In this document: positions 1 through 8,541 of the stretch, in pieces | How positions within the stretch are numbered: position 1 is the first letter of the stretch | How the letters are laid out: every line of letters starts with the position of its first letter | Source of the DNA: Geotalea daltonii FRC-32 | GTDB taxonomy: Bacteria; Desulfobacterota; Desulfuromonadia; Geobacterales; Geobacteraceae | DNA: 32,000 nucleotides | Assembly: GCF_000022265.1 (NCBI RefSeq) | Contig: NC_011979.1 | Span: 1,200,001 to 1,232,000 of the forward strand | Direction: 5' to 3' | Notes under the pieces: generated by a model | The model's input: the letters and a program-made list of their open reading frames with translations, nothing else | What the model was told of the DNA's origin: nothing | Databases searched by the model: none | Program-made: the position numbers and the translations under genes

Positions 1-794
1 TCGTTTACCACCTGTCCCTCCACCATGAAATGCATATCCTTGACGATGGCGGGGCCGCCGACCCTTTCCGTAACATGCCGGTCGCCGATATTCATGCCGC
101 CGGTGAAGCCTTTCTTGCCGTCTACCACCAGAATCTTTCGGTGATTGCGCAGGTTGACATAGCCCCCTTGACGCAATGGGAGGAATCTGCCCACTTTTAC
201 CTTTGAACCTTTCAGTAGTTTACGTGCCGTGGGGCGCGAGTATTTCTCCCCAAGACTGTCGATAATGACCCGCACCTCGACCCCTCGCTCCGCTGCATCG
301 GTCAGTGCCGCAACGAATCTCCGGCCGGTGGCGTCGCCATCGAAGATATAGGTACTCAGGTTGATGGTGCTGGTGGCGCTGTTGATTGCTTCCAGCATGG
401 CTGGGTAGGCGCCTTCGGCATTTTCCAGTGGAGTGAGCCGATTTGCCGGCAAAAGATCGGCTATTACGACGCGGTCGGCCAAGGAGCGCAGTTCCTGCAG
501 ATGTTCAGTGCCTGGGGGAAGGGAACAGGCTTTCTGCTGTTTTCTGACCAGAGAGAAATTCCCCCATCCCGCCAGTCTCTGTCCGCTTTCCAGCCATTGA
601 CGCGCTCTCCGCGAGATGCGATTGATGCCCATGCTCCAGTAAAGGAGCGGCCCGAAGAGAGGTAAGGTGAGGCAGACGACGATCCAGCCCAGGGCAGATC
701 GCGGGTCACGTTTCAAAAGCAGGGCGTGACCCGCGGAAATCAGCCCCAGCGCGGCGAGCGAGCTAAAAAGAAGACCAACCAGAACGTGATCCAA
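1..794 (-). CDS. cls: cardiolipin synthase (phospholipase D superfamily), N-terminal ~264 codons; the 3' end lies outside the window
   Basis: Absent from the ORF track because it runs off the window edge. Hand translation of the minus strand from TTG at 794 (AAGGAGG just upstream) gives (M)DHVLVGLLFSSLAALGLISAGHALLLKRDPRSALGWIVVCLTLPLFGPLLYWSMGINRISRRA. Further on it reads AEGAYPAMLEAINSATSTINLSTYIFDGDATGRRFVAALTDAAERGVEVRVIIDSLGEKY. An HxKxxxxD motif (NHRKILVVDGKKGFTGGMNIGD) lies near 80-143. I saw no in-frame stop in the stretches I translated (794-241 and ~150-1). Track ORF 464..709 is in a different frame. Confidence 0.85.
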   Translation of the reverse strand, partial: MDHVLVGLLFSSLAALGLISAGHALLLKRDPRSALGWIVVCLTLPLFGPLLYWSMGINRISRRARQWLESGQRLAGWGNFSLVRKQQKACSLPPGTEHLQELRSLADRVVIADLLPANRLTPLENAEGAYPAMLEAINSATSTINLSTYIFDGDATGRRFVAALTDAAERGVEVRVIIDSLGEKYSRPTARKLLKGSKVKVGRFLPLRQGGYVNLRNHRKILVVDGKKGFTGGMNIGDRHVTERVGGPAIVKDMHFMVEGQVVN

Positions 795-834
795 TACCCC
801 TCCTTCAAATCAAGAACATATCATGGAAGCCCTG

Positions 835-1392
835 CTAAAGCAGGTTGTATGGCGAAGCTCTCTTTACCCATTCGCTGGCCGGATATTCGGCGGCAAGACG
901 CTGGTAGGTCTCTTTCAGGTTTCCGGCATTGTGGCTTGTCTTGTAACGGCTGACACCTGTCAGGTACAGGGCTTCCGGAGCTGCGCCACTGTTCCTGTGG
1001 CTTGAAAGGACCTCATTGAAGCGGAGAATGGCATCGTTGTAATCCCCGTTGTCGAAGTCGGCCTTGCCGAGGCCGAGAAGCAGGGACGGGACCAGTTCCT
1101 CCGGTGGGAGGAAACCTATGGTGCGCTGATGCTCCTTGCCGTAAAGATCTAGAACGACGATGGTCGGCGTCCAGCCCACCCGGAAATCCTTGGCCACCTG
1201 CCCGTCGGCAGGTACTTGCAGGGGAATCATCCGTGATGTGACAAAATCGATGACATTGCTATTGGGATACGAAACCGCACCCATCTGTTTGCAGCCTATT
1301 CAGCCAGGGCTGAAGAAATCCAGCAGAACGCATTTCTTTTCAGCCTGCCCGCGGGCGAGGGCCTTGTTGATGTCGCTTTCCCATTGGATCAT
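835..1392 (-). CDS. thioredoxin-fold protein (Thioredoxin_7-like N-terminus, TPR-like C-terminus) with in-frame UGA at 1300-1302 read as selenocysteine (U-x-x-C motif); 185 codons
   Basis: Track ORFs 1300..1497 and 835..1284 are in the same minus-strand frame. They are separated only by TGA (1302-1300) plus five sense codons. The joined product reads MIQWESDINKALARGQAEKKCVLLDFFSPG-U-IGCKQMGAVSYPNSNVIDF... The likely start is ATG 1392, with GGGAGG 7 nt upstream. See finding 1. Confidence 0.7.
1265..1282 (-). promoter_or_regulatory. candidate bacterial SECIS hairpin downstream of the UGA codon
   Basis: The minus-strand RNA GGGUGCG-GUUU-CGUAUCC forms a 7-bp stem that includes two G.U pairs. The 4-nt apical loop starts with G-U, and the loop begins about 25 nt after the UGA. 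The fold was done by eye only. Confidence 0.4.
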
Positions 1393-1474
1393 GGCGGGAC
1401 CTCCCGATATTTGGTGAACTATCTTTAAAAGGTTAACGTCAGTCAAGGTGATGTCAAGAAATGTCTCTGCAGCC

Positions 1475-1502
1475 TTGCAGTTTTGCAGGGAATGCATATA
1501 AT
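1475..1502 (+). promoter_or_regulatory. candidate sigma70 promoter (TTGCAG-16 nt-TATAAT) about 200 nt upstream of rsmB
   Basis: -35 TTGCAG at 1475-1480 and -10 TATAAT at 1497-1502. Sequence match only. Confidence 0.35.
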
Positions 1503-1699
1503 GACAGTTCGCTTTTCAACTAACAGTGCTTCGAAAAACTTCTGCCTGGCCGATCTGCTGTGTTGCCGTTCGCTCGGGAACTCAACATGCATCAGGTACG
1601 GTTTCGTCTCCTCGCTCACTTGAGCCTTGCATATGGGCACCTGTAGGCACTGTGGGTTCTCATCACGTTTTTTCAAATCCTGTAATACATTACGGAGTC

Positions 1700-3049
1700 A
1701 TGGTGTCCAGCTCAAATCCACGTAGTGCCGCTTTTGAAATTCTGCTGCGCATCGACAAGGAACGATCCTATGCCGATATCCTAATCGACCGGGAGTTGTC
1801 AGCAGGAGCTCTGCAGGGCCCCGACCGGGGGCTGCTTACCGAGCTGGTATATGGGGTGCTTCGACGCCAGGCTACCCTCGACCATATCATCAGGCGTTTT
1901 TCGAGCCAAAGGCTGGAGCGGCTGGAACGGTCAGTGCTGCTGCTTCTGCGCATAGGCCTTTATCAGATGTTTTACCTGGACCGGGTGCCCGTTTCAGCAG
2001 CGGTAAATGAGACGGTAAAACTGGCAAAGGTCCTGGTGCCGCGGGCATCCGGCTTTATCAATGCGGTACTGCGCAATGCGGATCGGGAACGGGATCACAT
2101 CTCCTATCCCGACAGGGAAAAAGATCCGGCTGCCTATCTGGCCACCGTCTATTCACACCCTGTTTGGCTGGCAGCGGCCTGGATCGGGCAACTGGGATTG
2201 GACGAGGCCGAAATGCTGGCCAGGGCCATGGCCGAGCCTCCTGCCATTACCGTCAGAACCAACACCTTGAAAACGACCCGGCAACAGCTTATGGAGATCC
2301 TTTCGGCGGAAGGGGTGCAGTGCGAGACAGGCCGATTCTCCCCCATGGCTATCCGCATCAACCTGTCCGGGTCGGTATCACGGCTCAAGTCTTTCCGGGA
2401 TGGCCTGTTTTTCGTTCAGGATGAATCGTCGCAACTGGCTGCCATGTTTCTCGGTCCGCAAGCCGGGGAAAGGGTGCTGGATGCCTGTGCCGCTCCAGGG
2501 GGGAAGTCGACCCAGCTCGCACAGCTGATGGGTGACCGTGGCGAGATCCTTGCCTGTGATGTGATTGGCCGCAAGCTCAAGCTCGTTGATGAAAATGCCG
2601 CCAGGCTCGGCATTTCATCCATAAGGACAGTTCTTCTCGATACGGCAAGACCTCTGAAATCCCTCGAACGGAGTCCACTTGACAGAATCCTTCTGGATGC
2701 TCCCTGTTCAGGACTTGGTGTCATCAGGCGCAACCCTGAAGGGAAGTGGTGGAAGTCTGCTGCCGATGTTATCGATCTTGCCAAGGGCCAAAGAGCGTTG
2801 CTCGAAAACCTGGCCGGACATCTCAGATCAGGGGGCAGTCTTCTCTACGCCACCTGTTCCACGGCAGTCGAGGAAAATGAGGCGGTGATAGAGGCTTTCC
2901 TTTCGCGCCATGATGAGTTCGTCATCGAGGATCTGCGCCTGCTCTTTCCCGACTTGGCCGAGCTGTTCACCCCGGCTGGATTTTTCCGGGCGTGGCCCCA
3001 CCGGCACGGCATGGACGGTTTTTTTGCCGCCCGATTAAAGAAAAAATGA
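1700..3049 (+). CDS. rsmB: 16S rRNA (cytosine967-C5)-methyltransferase RsmB/Sun (NusB-like N-domain plus SAM methyltransferase)
   Basis: Taken from ORF 1526..3049. The conserved part starts at MVSSSNPRSAAFEILLRIDKERSYADILI (ATG 1700). It carries FFVQDESSQL, the SAM motif VLDACAAPGGKS, DRILLDAPCSGLGVIRRNPE and LLYATCS. The 58 codons upstream look non-coding. Confidence 0.9.
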   Translation: MVSSSNPRSAAFEILLRIDKERSYADILIDRELSAGALQGPDRGLLTELVYGVLRRQATLDHIIRRFSSQRLERLERSVLLLLRIGLYQMFYLDRVPVSAAVNETVKLAKVLVPRASGFINAVLRNADRERDHISYPDREKDPAAYLATVYSHPVWLAAAWIGQLGLDEAEMLARAMAEPPAITVRTNTLKTTRQQLMEILSAEGVQCETGRFSPMAIRINLSGSVSRLKSFRDGLFFVQDESSQLAAMFLGPQAGERVLDACAAPGGKSTQLAQLMGDRGEILACDVIGRKLKLVDENAARLGISSIRTVLLDTARPLKSLERSPLDRILLDAPCSGLGVIRRNPEGKWWKSAADVIDLAKGQRALLENLAGHLRSGGSLLYATCSTAVEENEAVIEAFLSRHDEFVIEDLRLLFPDLAELFTPAGFFRAWPHRHGMDGFFAARLKKK

Positions 3050-3146
3050 GAAATGCCAATGAGTATATGGGGACTGTTAAGACGGCGGCTTTCTCTGATT
3101 TGTCGGCATTGGGGCAAGAGCCTTTTCTTACTTCCAGGAGGTTGTC

Positions 3147-3812
3147 ATGAAAAAAATAGCACCATCCATACTTTCCGCCGACTTTTCCCGTCTCGGAGAC
3201 GAGGTGCGGGCAGTGGAAGCTGCGGGCGCCGACTATATCCACATTGACGTCATGGACGGCAGTTTCGTCCCCAATATCACCATTGGCCCCCTGGTGGTGG
3301 AGGCCGTCCGCCGGGTGACCCGGCTGCCCCTGGACGTGCATCTGATGATCGATGCCCCTGACCGCTACATTGGCGAGTTTGCCAAGGCCGGAGCCGATAT
3401 TATCGTTGTCCATGCCGAGGCCACCAATCACCTGCACCGGACGGTGCAGCTCATCAAGTCCTTTGGCAAAAAAGCCGGTGTGTCGCTGAATCCTGCCACA
3501 AGTCTGCACTGTCTGGACCATATTCTGGATGAGTTGGATCTGGTGCTGCTGATGACGGTCAATCCCGGCTTTGGGGGCCAGTCTTTCATCGATGCCTGTC
3601 TGCCGAAGATACAGGCACTGCGCGGCCTGCTTGATAAGAAGGGACTGGAGACCGAGCTGGAGGTGGATGGAGGGGTCAAGGAAGCCAATATCGCCCAGAT
3701 TGCCCACGCCGGCGCCGATGTCTTCGTGGCGGGAAGTGCCGTTTTCGGTAGCAGTGACTATGCTGCCACCATTGCCGAGATGAAGCTCCGAGCAAAGGAG
3801 CCGGTCCTTTGA
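3147..3812 (+). CDS. rpe: ribulose-phosphate 3-epimerase
   Basis: [48 protein letters not shown], then [13 protein letters not shown] and EVDGGV. AGGAGG RBS upstream. Confidence 0.95.
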   Translation: MKKIAPSILSADFSRLGDEVRAVEAAGADYIHIDVMDGSFVPNITIGPLVVEAVRRVTRLPLDVHLMIDAPDRYIGEFAKAGADIIVVHAEATNHLHRTVQLIKSFGKKAGVSLNPATSLHCLDHILDELDLVLLMTVNPGFGGQSFIDACLPKIQALRGLLDKKGLETELEVDGGVKEANIAQIAHAGADVFVAGSAVFGSSDYAATIAEMKLRAKEPVL

Positions 3813-3882
3813 TTGCTGTTAACCATGTTGCATGCTTTCCCGAAATCAGGACCATTAACAATTGTTGAACCGGACTCAAAAT

Positions 3883-4800
3883 ATGGCAACAAGCATCCTC
3901 ATAATCGATGATTCCAACCAAGTCCGGGCCCAGATCGTAAAGACCCTGCAGAAAGTCTCTCTTTTCGACGATTACCTGGAGGCGGCAGATGGTATTGAAG
4001 CCTTCAAGCTCGTTCTCAACAGTCCGGTAGATCTGATCCTCTGTGACCTGGAAATGCCACGCATGGATGGCTTTAAATTCATTTCCATGCTGCAGACGCG
4101 CGATGAACTGAAGGATATTCCGGTCATAATGCTCACTGGCCGTGAAGACCGGGATCTGAAGATAAAAGGGCTTGAGGAAGGGGCGTGCGATTACGTTACC
4201 AAGCCCTTCGATGCAGGGGAACTGGTAGCGAGGGTCAAGGTTCAATTGAAGATCAAGTGCCTGCAGGACGAGCTGAAGCGTTCCAACGAGCTTCTCAAGC
4301 AGCTCTCCAACACAGACCCGCTTACCCACCTGTACAATCGCCGCTACCTTATGGAGGCACTTGACCGGGAATACCAGCGGGCCGCGCGTAAGGAGAGTTC
4401 CCTGTCCCTGATAATCATAGACATCGATCATTTCAAGAAGGTAAACGACAATTACGGGCACCAGCAAGGGGACGTCGTATTGGCTGCGGTCGCAGCTTTG
4501 CTGAAAAAGATGGTCCGTAGCTACGATGTGGCTGCCCGTTACGGGGGGGAGGAATTCGTAGTCCTGCTTTCGGAGACGGCACTGTCCCAGGCGATGCTTT
4601 TTGCCGAACGTTTTCGCTGTGCGGTACAGGAAATCGTCTTTACCGGAAAAATGAATGGTCTGACGATTACCGTCAGCCTTGGTGTGGCCACATTCCCGTC
4701 AGCCAAGGTGGATTGCGTGGATTCGCTGTTCAGGCAGGCGGATGAAGCACTCTACAAAGCCAAACAGGGGGGTAGAAACAAGGCAGAGGCGATGTCATAA
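3883..4800 (+). CDS. response regulator receiver fused to a GGDEF diguanylate cyclase (PleD/WspR-like)
   Basis: The REC domain has ILIIDDS, DLILCDLEMPRMDG and KPF. The GGDEF domain has DPLTHLYNRRY and the active site RYGGEEF. An RxxD I-site (RSYD) sits five residues upstream of GGEEF. The start is uncertain: ATG 3883 or TTG 3862. Confidence 0.9.
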   Translation: MATSILIIDDSNQVRAQIVKTLQKVSLFDDYLEAADGIEAFKLVLNSPVDLILCDLEMPRMDGFKFISMLQTRDELKDIPVIMLTGREDRDLKIKGLEEGACDYVTKPFDAGELVARVKVQLKIKCLQDELKRSNELLKQLSNTDPLTHLYNRRYLMEALDREYQRAARKESSLSLIIIDIDHFKKVNDNYGHQQGDVVLAAVAALLKKMVRSYDVAARYGGEEFVVLLSETALSQAMLFAERFRCAVQEIVFTGKMNGLTITVSLGVATFPSAKVDCVDSLFRQADEALYKAKQGGRNKAEAMS

Positions 4801-5466
4801 GCCATTGCAGGAAGAATGCAGCCTGCAGCCGCTGCACAATGGCTTTTTTCGGCAATGCACCTTGCAGTGCTGGACGATCAGGGCATGGAATTCATTGAAC
4901 AGTGCGGCATCGGCCGGAAGATTATCCATGAACAGAGCGCGCACCGCCTCATAGTCATCCTTTGCCGAGACTAATCCCAGGTGGGTAAAAAGCCGCTTGG
5001 TGTAAGCATCAACGACGAAGGAAGGTTTATTGCCGGCATAGAGCAGGATCGAATCGCAGGTTTCCCTCCCGATACCCCTCACCTTCAGCAGCTCTTCCCT
5101 CAGTTCAAGCCAATCTCCGGCAAACATCGACTCAAGCCTGCCAAGATATCTCTCAAAAAGCCAGCCGACGAAATCCTTCAGCCTGGCGCTCTTCACATTG
5201 AAAAAACCAGCGGGCTTGATCACCTGGGCGAGCTCTTCCACCGGCACATCACGCAGGGTTATTGCCGACAAAAGATCCGCTTTTTTGAGGTTGGCGATCG
5301 CCTTTTCCACATTGCCCCAGTTGGTGTTCTGGGTCAATATGGCGCCGACGCAGACCTCGAAGGGGGTCTCCGCTGGCCACCAATGCAGCTTTCCATAATG
5401 TTCAAAAAGCGAGTTGAAAACCCAGAGGAGTTCCTGACGCCTTGCCGATTGGTTTTCCGCTTGCAA
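4795..5466 (-). CDS. endonuclease III-related HhH-GPD DNA glycosylase family protein with a C-terminal 4Fe-4S cluster loop
   Basis: Helix-hairpin-helix LLKVRGIGRETCDSILLY, then VVDAYTKRLF. The C-terminus is C-x6-C-x2-C-x5-C (CKVHCRKKPLCSGCRLHSSC). Its 3' end overlaps the convergent GGDEF gene by 6 nt. Confidence 0.85.
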   Translation of the reverse strand: MQAENQSARRQELLWVFNSLFEHYGKLHWWPAETPFEVCVGAILTQNTNWGNVEKAIANLKKADLLSAITLRDVPVEELAQVIKPAGFFNVKSARLKDFVGWLFERYLGRLESMFAGDWLELREELLKVRGIGRETCDSILLYAGNKPSFVVDAYTKRLFTHLGLVSAKDDYEAVRALFMDNLPADAALFNEFHALIVQHCKVHCRKKPLCSGCRLHSSCNGL

Positions 5467-5477
5467 CGGCTTGTGCC

Positions 5478-6392
5478 TCAGTCCCTTGGAATGGCCAGCA
5501 TTCGGTCCAATGCAAGTTTTGCCGGCTCCCGCACCTCTTCGGGGACCTTGATGACCGGTGCCATTGATTGCAGTGCGGCGAGGATGTCTTCCAGCGAAGT
5601 AAGCTTCATGTTGGGGCAGACAAGGGCGGGTGAGGCGAGAATGAACTCCTTGTCCGGGCTTTCCTTCTGCAGCTTATAGAGAATGCCGGCTTCCGTGCCG
5701 ATGATAAAGCGGTTGGCAGGACTTTTCTTGCAGAAGTCATACATGCCGGTGGTTGAACAAACATGATCAGCCAGCGCCTCAACCTCGGGATTGCATTCGG
5801 GATGGCAGATGAACAGGGCGCCGGGATTCTCCTTTTTCAGACGGAGTACCGCTTCCGGCTTCAGCCGCTCATGGGTGGGGCAGTAACCATCCCAGAAGTG
5901 GAAGGTCTTGTCGGTGAACCGGGCCACATAGCGCCCCAGGTTCCTGTCGGGGACAAAGATGATCTCGGGTGCAGCCAGTGATTTTACCACCTTCACTGCA
6001 TTGGCGGAGGTGCAGCAGATATCGCTGTTGGCCTTGACCGCTGCCGATGAATTGACATAGGTTACGACAGGTACTCCGGGATGGCGTCTCTTCATCTCCT
6101 GAAGAGCAGGCACCGTCACCATGTCTGCCATGGGGCAGCCTGCGTCAAGTCGCGGCAGAAGGACCGTCTTGTCCGGTGCCAGGATAGAGGCGGATTCAGC
6201 CATAAAATGAACACCGCAGAAGACTATCACCGAGGCTGAGGTCTTTGCAGCCTCAACTGAGAGCCCGAGGGAATCTCCGGTAATGTCTGCGATCTCCTGA
6301 ACCTCGTCACGCATGTAATTATGGGCCAGCAAAATACCGTTTCGTTCCTTGAGCAGGGCTCTGATTTCATTCTTCATATCATCCTGGTACAT
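5478..6392 (-). CDS. nadA: quinolinate synthase NadA
   Basis: [56 protein letters not shown] and PECNPEV. The start is uncertain: the open frame extends to TTG 6437, and ATG 6419, TTG 6404 and ATG 6392 are all possible. Confidence 0.88.
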   Translation of the reverse strand: MYQDDMKNEIRALLKERNGILLAHNYMRDEVQEIADITGDSLGLSVEAAKTSASVIVFCGVHFMAESASILAPDKTVLLPRLDAGCPMADMVTVPALQEMKRRHPGVPVVTYVNSSAAVKANSDICCTSANAVKVVKSLAAPEIIFVPDRNLGRYVARFTDKTFHFWDGYCPTHERLKPEAVLRLKKENPGALFICHPECNPEVEALADHVCSTTGMYDFCKKSPANRFIIGTEAGILYKLQKESPDKEFILASPALVCPNMKLTSLEDILAALQSMAPVIKVPEEVREPAKLALDRMLAIPRD

Positions 6393-6495
6393 GGTAGATG
6401 CCAACGTCTCCTTTTGCATGCAGGTACACTGTTTCAAAGTGCCTACCGATAGTAGTCAATGTTCCTGGCTATGTCAAATCCTTAAATTACGTCCC

Positions 6496-6524
6496 TTGAC
6501 ACACTATGGTAAAACCTCTATTAT
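6496..6524 (+). promoter_or_regulatory. candidate sigma70 promoter TTGACA-17 nt-TATTAT upstream of tatA
   Basis: -35 TTGACA at 6496-6501 and -10 TATTAT at 6519-6524. Sequence match only. Confidence 0.45.
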
Positions 6525-6583
6525 TTTGTCAGGATTGAGGCCGGGAAGCAGTTTCCTGAGAGTTGTTAACACTTTAACGGATC

Positions 6584-6847
6584 ATGGGGTTCGATATGTT
6601 TGGAATCGGGATGCCGGAACTGATTGTAATCTTTGTCATTGCGCTGGTAGTCATAGGCCCGCAAAAACTTCCCGACCTGGCCAGGTCGCTTGGGCGAGGG
6701 CTCGCTGAATTCAAGAGGGCCACTGAGGATTTCAAGCAGAGTGTCCAGGAGGAGTCCCGCACTGCGGAGGAGAAGGATAAGCTTCCCCAGTCGGAAGAGA
6801 ATGAAGAGGCTAAAGAAGAAAAGGAAGCGGCTGCAAAGAAGGTGTAG
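6584..6847 (+). CDS. tatA: twin-arginine translocase subunit TatA/TatE
   Basis: [42 protein letters not shown] followed by an acidic, lysine-rich tail. ATG 6596 (MFGIG) is an equally plausible start. Confidence 0.88.
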   Translation: MGFDMFGIGMPELIVIFVIALVVIGPQKLPDLARSLGRGLAEFKRATEDFKQSVQEESRTAEEKDKLPQSEENEEAKEEKEAAAKKV

Positions 6848-6875
6848 TCCTGCCGATACAGGAGAGCGAAAAGGC

Positions 6876-6903
6876 AGACGGGGCCAGAGCCCCGTCTTTT
6901 TTT
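6876..6903. terminator. bidirectional intrinsic terminator between convergent tatA and cpoB
   Basis: The hairpin AGACGGGGC-caga-GCCCCGUCU is followed by T7 on the plus strand. On the minus strand it is preceded by an A-run and followed by GCCUUUU. Confidence 0.7.
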
Positions 6904-7729
6904 ATTTGAGATCCTTCAATTTTTCTTTGGCAATGCGCGCTTCATCCGTGTGCGGATAATCTTCCGCCACCTTTTTGTAGACGTATCGGGCGCTTTTAGC
7001 ATCTCCCAGTTCCTTGAAGGCCATGGCCTGCTTCAGCATTGCTGCTGGAATCTTCTCATTGCCGGAGTAATTCTTGATGATCTCCTGGAATTCGAGAATA
7101 GCCTGGTCGTATTTCTTTTCGCTGTAATAGGTTTCTCCCAGCCAATAATGCACGTTTGCCGCCAGGTCGTGTTTGGGGAACAGTTCCAAAAATCTGCTCA
7201 GGTACTCCCTGGACTTCTGGGGATCGCCCTTGCGCAGGGTCTCCAATCCTTTCTGGTAAAGTGCCTCAGGTGTTTGTTCGGCTTCCGCTGCTTTTGCCTC
7301 TGCCATTTTCTTCTGGAACTCATCAAAGCCTTTGTCAAGTCTGGCAAGGCGATCTTCCATGGCAGCCAGGCGCCGGTCGGTATCTTCCTTGAGCAGGGCC
7401 AGATCGTCTGCCGGCTTCTGGGCCAAGACCCGCACATCGTCGACCTTGCCGGTCAGGACCTGCATGTCGACTTTGGTGCTGTCCAGGGTCGCCTGTAGAT
7501 CGGCGGCTCCCTTGCGCTGGCTTTCCATCTCCTTGTGAAAGTCCTTGATGGTCTTGTCAATCCCTTCCTTTGTCTCGCTGCGCATTCCGCCGATGTCCTT
7601 TTCCATCTTGAACAGGCGGCTCTTCATCTCGTCCATGTCCCGTTGCATGGAATCCACCGTTTCTCTTGTTGCACAACCGGCGAGAGCGATAATAAAGATG
7701 AGAGGCAAACCTCTCCTGACGAACTGCAT
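6902..7729 (-). CDS. cpoB: Tol-Pal system protein CpoB/YbgF (coiled coil plus TPR), here with a lipoprotein-type signal
   Basis: The likely start is ATG 7729 (MQFVRRGLPLIFIIALAGCATRE) with a GGGGAGG RBS. An N-terminal coiled-coil region is followed by C-terminal TPR repeats (YWLGETYYSEKKYDQAILEFQEII, AMLKQAMAFKELGD). Confidence 0.85.
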   Translation of the reverse strand: MQFVRRGLPLIFIIALAGCATRETVDSMQRDMDEMKSRLFKMEKDIGGMRSETKEGIDKTIKDFHKEMESQRKGAADLQATLDSTKVDMQVLTGKVDDVRVLAQKPADDLALLKEDTDRRLAAMEDRLARLDKGFDEFQKKMAEAKAAEAEQTPEALYQKGLETLRKGDPQKSREYLSRFLELFPKHDLAANVHYWLGETYYSEKKYDQAILEFQEIIKNYSGNEKIPAAMLKQAMAFKELGDAKSARYVYKKVAEDYPHTDEARIAKEKLKDLK

Positions 7730-7776
7730 GATTTTCAATCCTCCCCTGTACAGCAAAACTAGTTGGAACGGCATAT

Positions 7777-7801
7777 AAAAAAGGAGCCTGCACGAGGCTC
7801 C
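7777..7801 (-). terminator. intrinsic terminator downstream of pal
   Basis: On the minus strand, GGAGCCU-cgugc-AGGCUCC (7-bp stem) is followed by UUUUUU. It lies between the pal stop (7825) and the cpoB start. Confidence 0.6.
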
Positions 7802-7824
7802 CTTTTTACTTTATGTTGGATGGT

Positions 7825-8409
7825 CTATTTGAGAATAACGAATTCGGCTCTTCTGTTTTGCGCCCACGCAGCTTCGTCATGACCCGGGTCAGCAGGCTTT
7901 TCCTTGCCGAAACTGATAACGCTCAGCTGGCTGGCGGGTATGCCGAGGGTAACAAGATAATTCACTGCAGACTTGGCGCGCTTTTCTCCAAGGGCCAGGT
8001 TGTATTCATCAGAACCGCGCTCGTCGCAGTGACCCTCGATCTGAACTTTGACCTGTTTGTTTTTCTCCAGCCACTGGGCATTCTTGGACAGGGTGTCTCG
8101 GGCCGCCGGCGAGAGGACGAAAGAATCGAAATCAAAGAGGACTTTTTCCAGTTCGGTGGCGGCGATAACTGTCGGAGCTTGTTCCTTGACGGTCGATTCA
8201 GCCGTTGTCGTCGGTGCCTCCTGGATAGGTTGTTCCTTGACGGTTTCACTGGGGGCGGGCTTGGCAGGTGGGGTTACGGCAGGCTTTTCCGTCGTAACCG
8301 GTGGTACAGTCGCCTCTTCAGCTTTTACCATCTCCTTCTTGGCACAGCCACCGCATAAAAGAGCACCGCAAAACAAAACCGTCACCAAGCCTACCATACC
8401 CTTACGCAT
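7825..8409 (-). CDS. pal: peptidoglycan-associated lipoprotein Pal (OmpA-like domain)
   Basis: Lipobox LLCGGC, a Pro/Thr/Ala-rich linker, then the OmpA_C motifs FDFDSFVLSP, IEGHCDERGSDEYNLALGEKRA and NRRAEFVI. Confidence 0.95.
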   Translation of the reverse strand: MRKGMVGLVTVLFCGALLCGGCAKKEMVKAEEATVPPVTTEKPAVTPPAKPAPSETVKEQPIQEAPTTTAESTVKEQAPTVIAATELEKVLFDFDSFVLSPAARDTLSKNAQWLEKNKQVKVQIEGHCDERGSDEYNLALGEKRAKSAVNYLVTLGIPASQLSVISFGKEKPADPGHDEAAWAQNRRAEFVILK

Positions 8410-8479
8410 TTCTTCTCTCCTTTTAATTACAGTTTTAAGAACAGAGGATCGACTCCTCGCAAAGTCAAAAACTAGATGG

Positions 8480-8507
8480 ATTATACATAAGTCTAAGGCA
8501 ATTTCAA
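8480..8507 (-). promoter_or_regulatory. candidate sigma70 promoter TTGAAA-16 nt-TATAAT in the tolB-pal spacer, reading into pal
   Basis: On the minus strand, -35 TTGAAA is the complement of 8502-8507 and -10 TATAAT is the complement of 8480-8485. Confidence 0.5.
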
Positions 8508-8541
8508 CAAGTGACTTAAGAAATATAAATGAAACCGGAAC

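Noticed and set aside
464-709. Track ORF of 81 aa on the minus strand.
   Set aside because: It is out of frame with cls and entirely inside it. The cls frame gives textbook cardiolipin synthase sequence.
1526-1699. A 58-codon N-terminal extension of the rsmB ORF, and track ORFs 1443..1676 and 1160..1417 in the same region.
   Set aside because: The extension (MLRKTSAWPICCVAVRSG...) has no similarity to the RsmB NusB-like N-domain, which begins at MVSSSNPRSAAFEILL. The region is more plausibly a divergent promoter or leader region.
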